Source: Halalkalibacterium halodurans (lineage in GTDB: Bacteria; Bacillota; Bacilli; Bacillales; Bacillaceae_D). From it: a DNA stretch of 7,872 bases. Made by a program: the position numbers and the translations under genes. Positions 7,648 to 7,872 of the stretch are shown piece after piece. Where the stretch lies: assembly GCF_004376175.1 (NCBI RefSeq), contig NZ_SNUY01000043.1, positions 27,548 to 35,419 on the forward strand. Reading direction: 5' to 3'. The notes under the pieces were generated by a model, which had not been told where the DNA came from, did not search any database, and worked only from the letters and a program-made list of their open reading frames with translations. How positions within the stretch are numbered: the first letter of the stretch is position 1; each line of letters opens with the position of its first letter.

Positions 7648-7661
7648 TGTAAGCGATTACT
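7648..7661 (+). promoter_or_regulatory. cre-like catabolite-responsive element (CcpA site)
   Basis: TGTAAGCGATTACT versus the cre consensus TGWNANCGNTNWCA: 13/14, with only the last base deviating. It lies in the leader downstream of the 7537-7565 promoter. Confidence 0.5.
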
Positions 7662-7745
7662 CAAGGTGAGGCAATCGAACAAAGGGGGGATGGCCTAGGG
7701 TCAATGATGAGAAGGTTGATTGCATAGTCCATCTAGTCAAATTTG

Positions 7746-7872
7746 GGTAGTGTCAAAACTTCTATGAAAACCTTATTTGGATCTAACACTACTACCATTT
7801 ATTAGGTGGAAAGGCCGCGCTATCGCTCTTGACAAACACACCAATGGTTTATTCAGAGGTCAATCAAGGGCG
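7746..7872 (-). mobile_element. End of a second, related IS copy in inverted orientation, truncated by the window edge
   Basis: GGTAGTGTCAAAACTTCTATGAAAAC (7746-7771) matches the reverse complement of IRR 1808-1833 at 24/26. Block 7823-7850 matches the reverse complement of 1730-1757 at 27/28. caagggcg 7865-7872 matches the reverse complement of 1708-1715, with the same 14-nt spacing. The intervening segments are diverged. Confidence 0.75.

Noticed and set aside
7690-7727. Mini-ORFs after the orphan promoter: ATG GCC TAG, and MMRRLIA-stop, considered as the truncated N-terminus of the displaced gene.
   Set aside because: Both terminate before the IS junction at 7746, so they are not simple IS-truncated reading frames. 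RBS spacing is also poor (0 and 14 nt from the G-run).
1834-7745. Search for a novel defence, toxin-antitoxin, CRISPR or other accessory system in the IS-bracketed cargo.
   Set aside because: All four cargo ORFs have confident conventional assignments. The intergenic regions are short and are accounted for by promoters, operators and a terminator. There are no direct-repeat arrays and no unexplained ORFs of 100 aa or more on either strand.
1-7872. Origin of the inverted IS pair by a single intramolecular replicative transposition (IS26-style inversion).
   Set aside because: That mechanism yields identical IS copies. Here the ends are clearly diverged outside the conserved blocks, so the two copies are related but distinct elements.

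Overview
Firmicute-style (Bacillaceae-like, roughly 40-45% GC by eye, strong GGAGG-type ribosome-binding sites) chromosomal segment with every credible gene on the + strand. The window opens at the left tip of a 1.83-kb insertion sequence (1..1833). This IS encodes a 477-aa IS6/IS240-like DDE transposase with a long N-terminal extension carrying two zinc ribbons. Four ordinary metabolic and regulatory genes follow: a class I/II PLP aminotransferase (2048..3235), GH67 alpha-glucuronidase AguA (3437..5485), a GntR/FadR-type repressor that is probably UxuR (5584..6264), and mannonate dehydratase UxuA (6438..7532). The window ends inside a second, diverged copy of the same IS type in the opposite orientation (7746..7872+). 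The 5.9-kb gene block is therefore bracketed by inverted IS copies. A palindromic operator-like motif (ACCATaCTAGTAT) occurs three times: downstream of the aguA promoter, upstream of uxuA, and downstream of a third strong promoter after uxuA. That third promoter also has a cre-like site and points straight into the second IS with no gene behind it. I see no CRISPR array, RNA gene, defence-type or toxin-type gene, or unexplained long ORF. The cargo is conventional glucuronate/aldouronate catabolism. What deserves a second look is the IS architecture (atypical transposase, conserved subterminal palindrome, outward -35 boxes), the composite-transposon-like arrangement, and the orphaned regulatory module.
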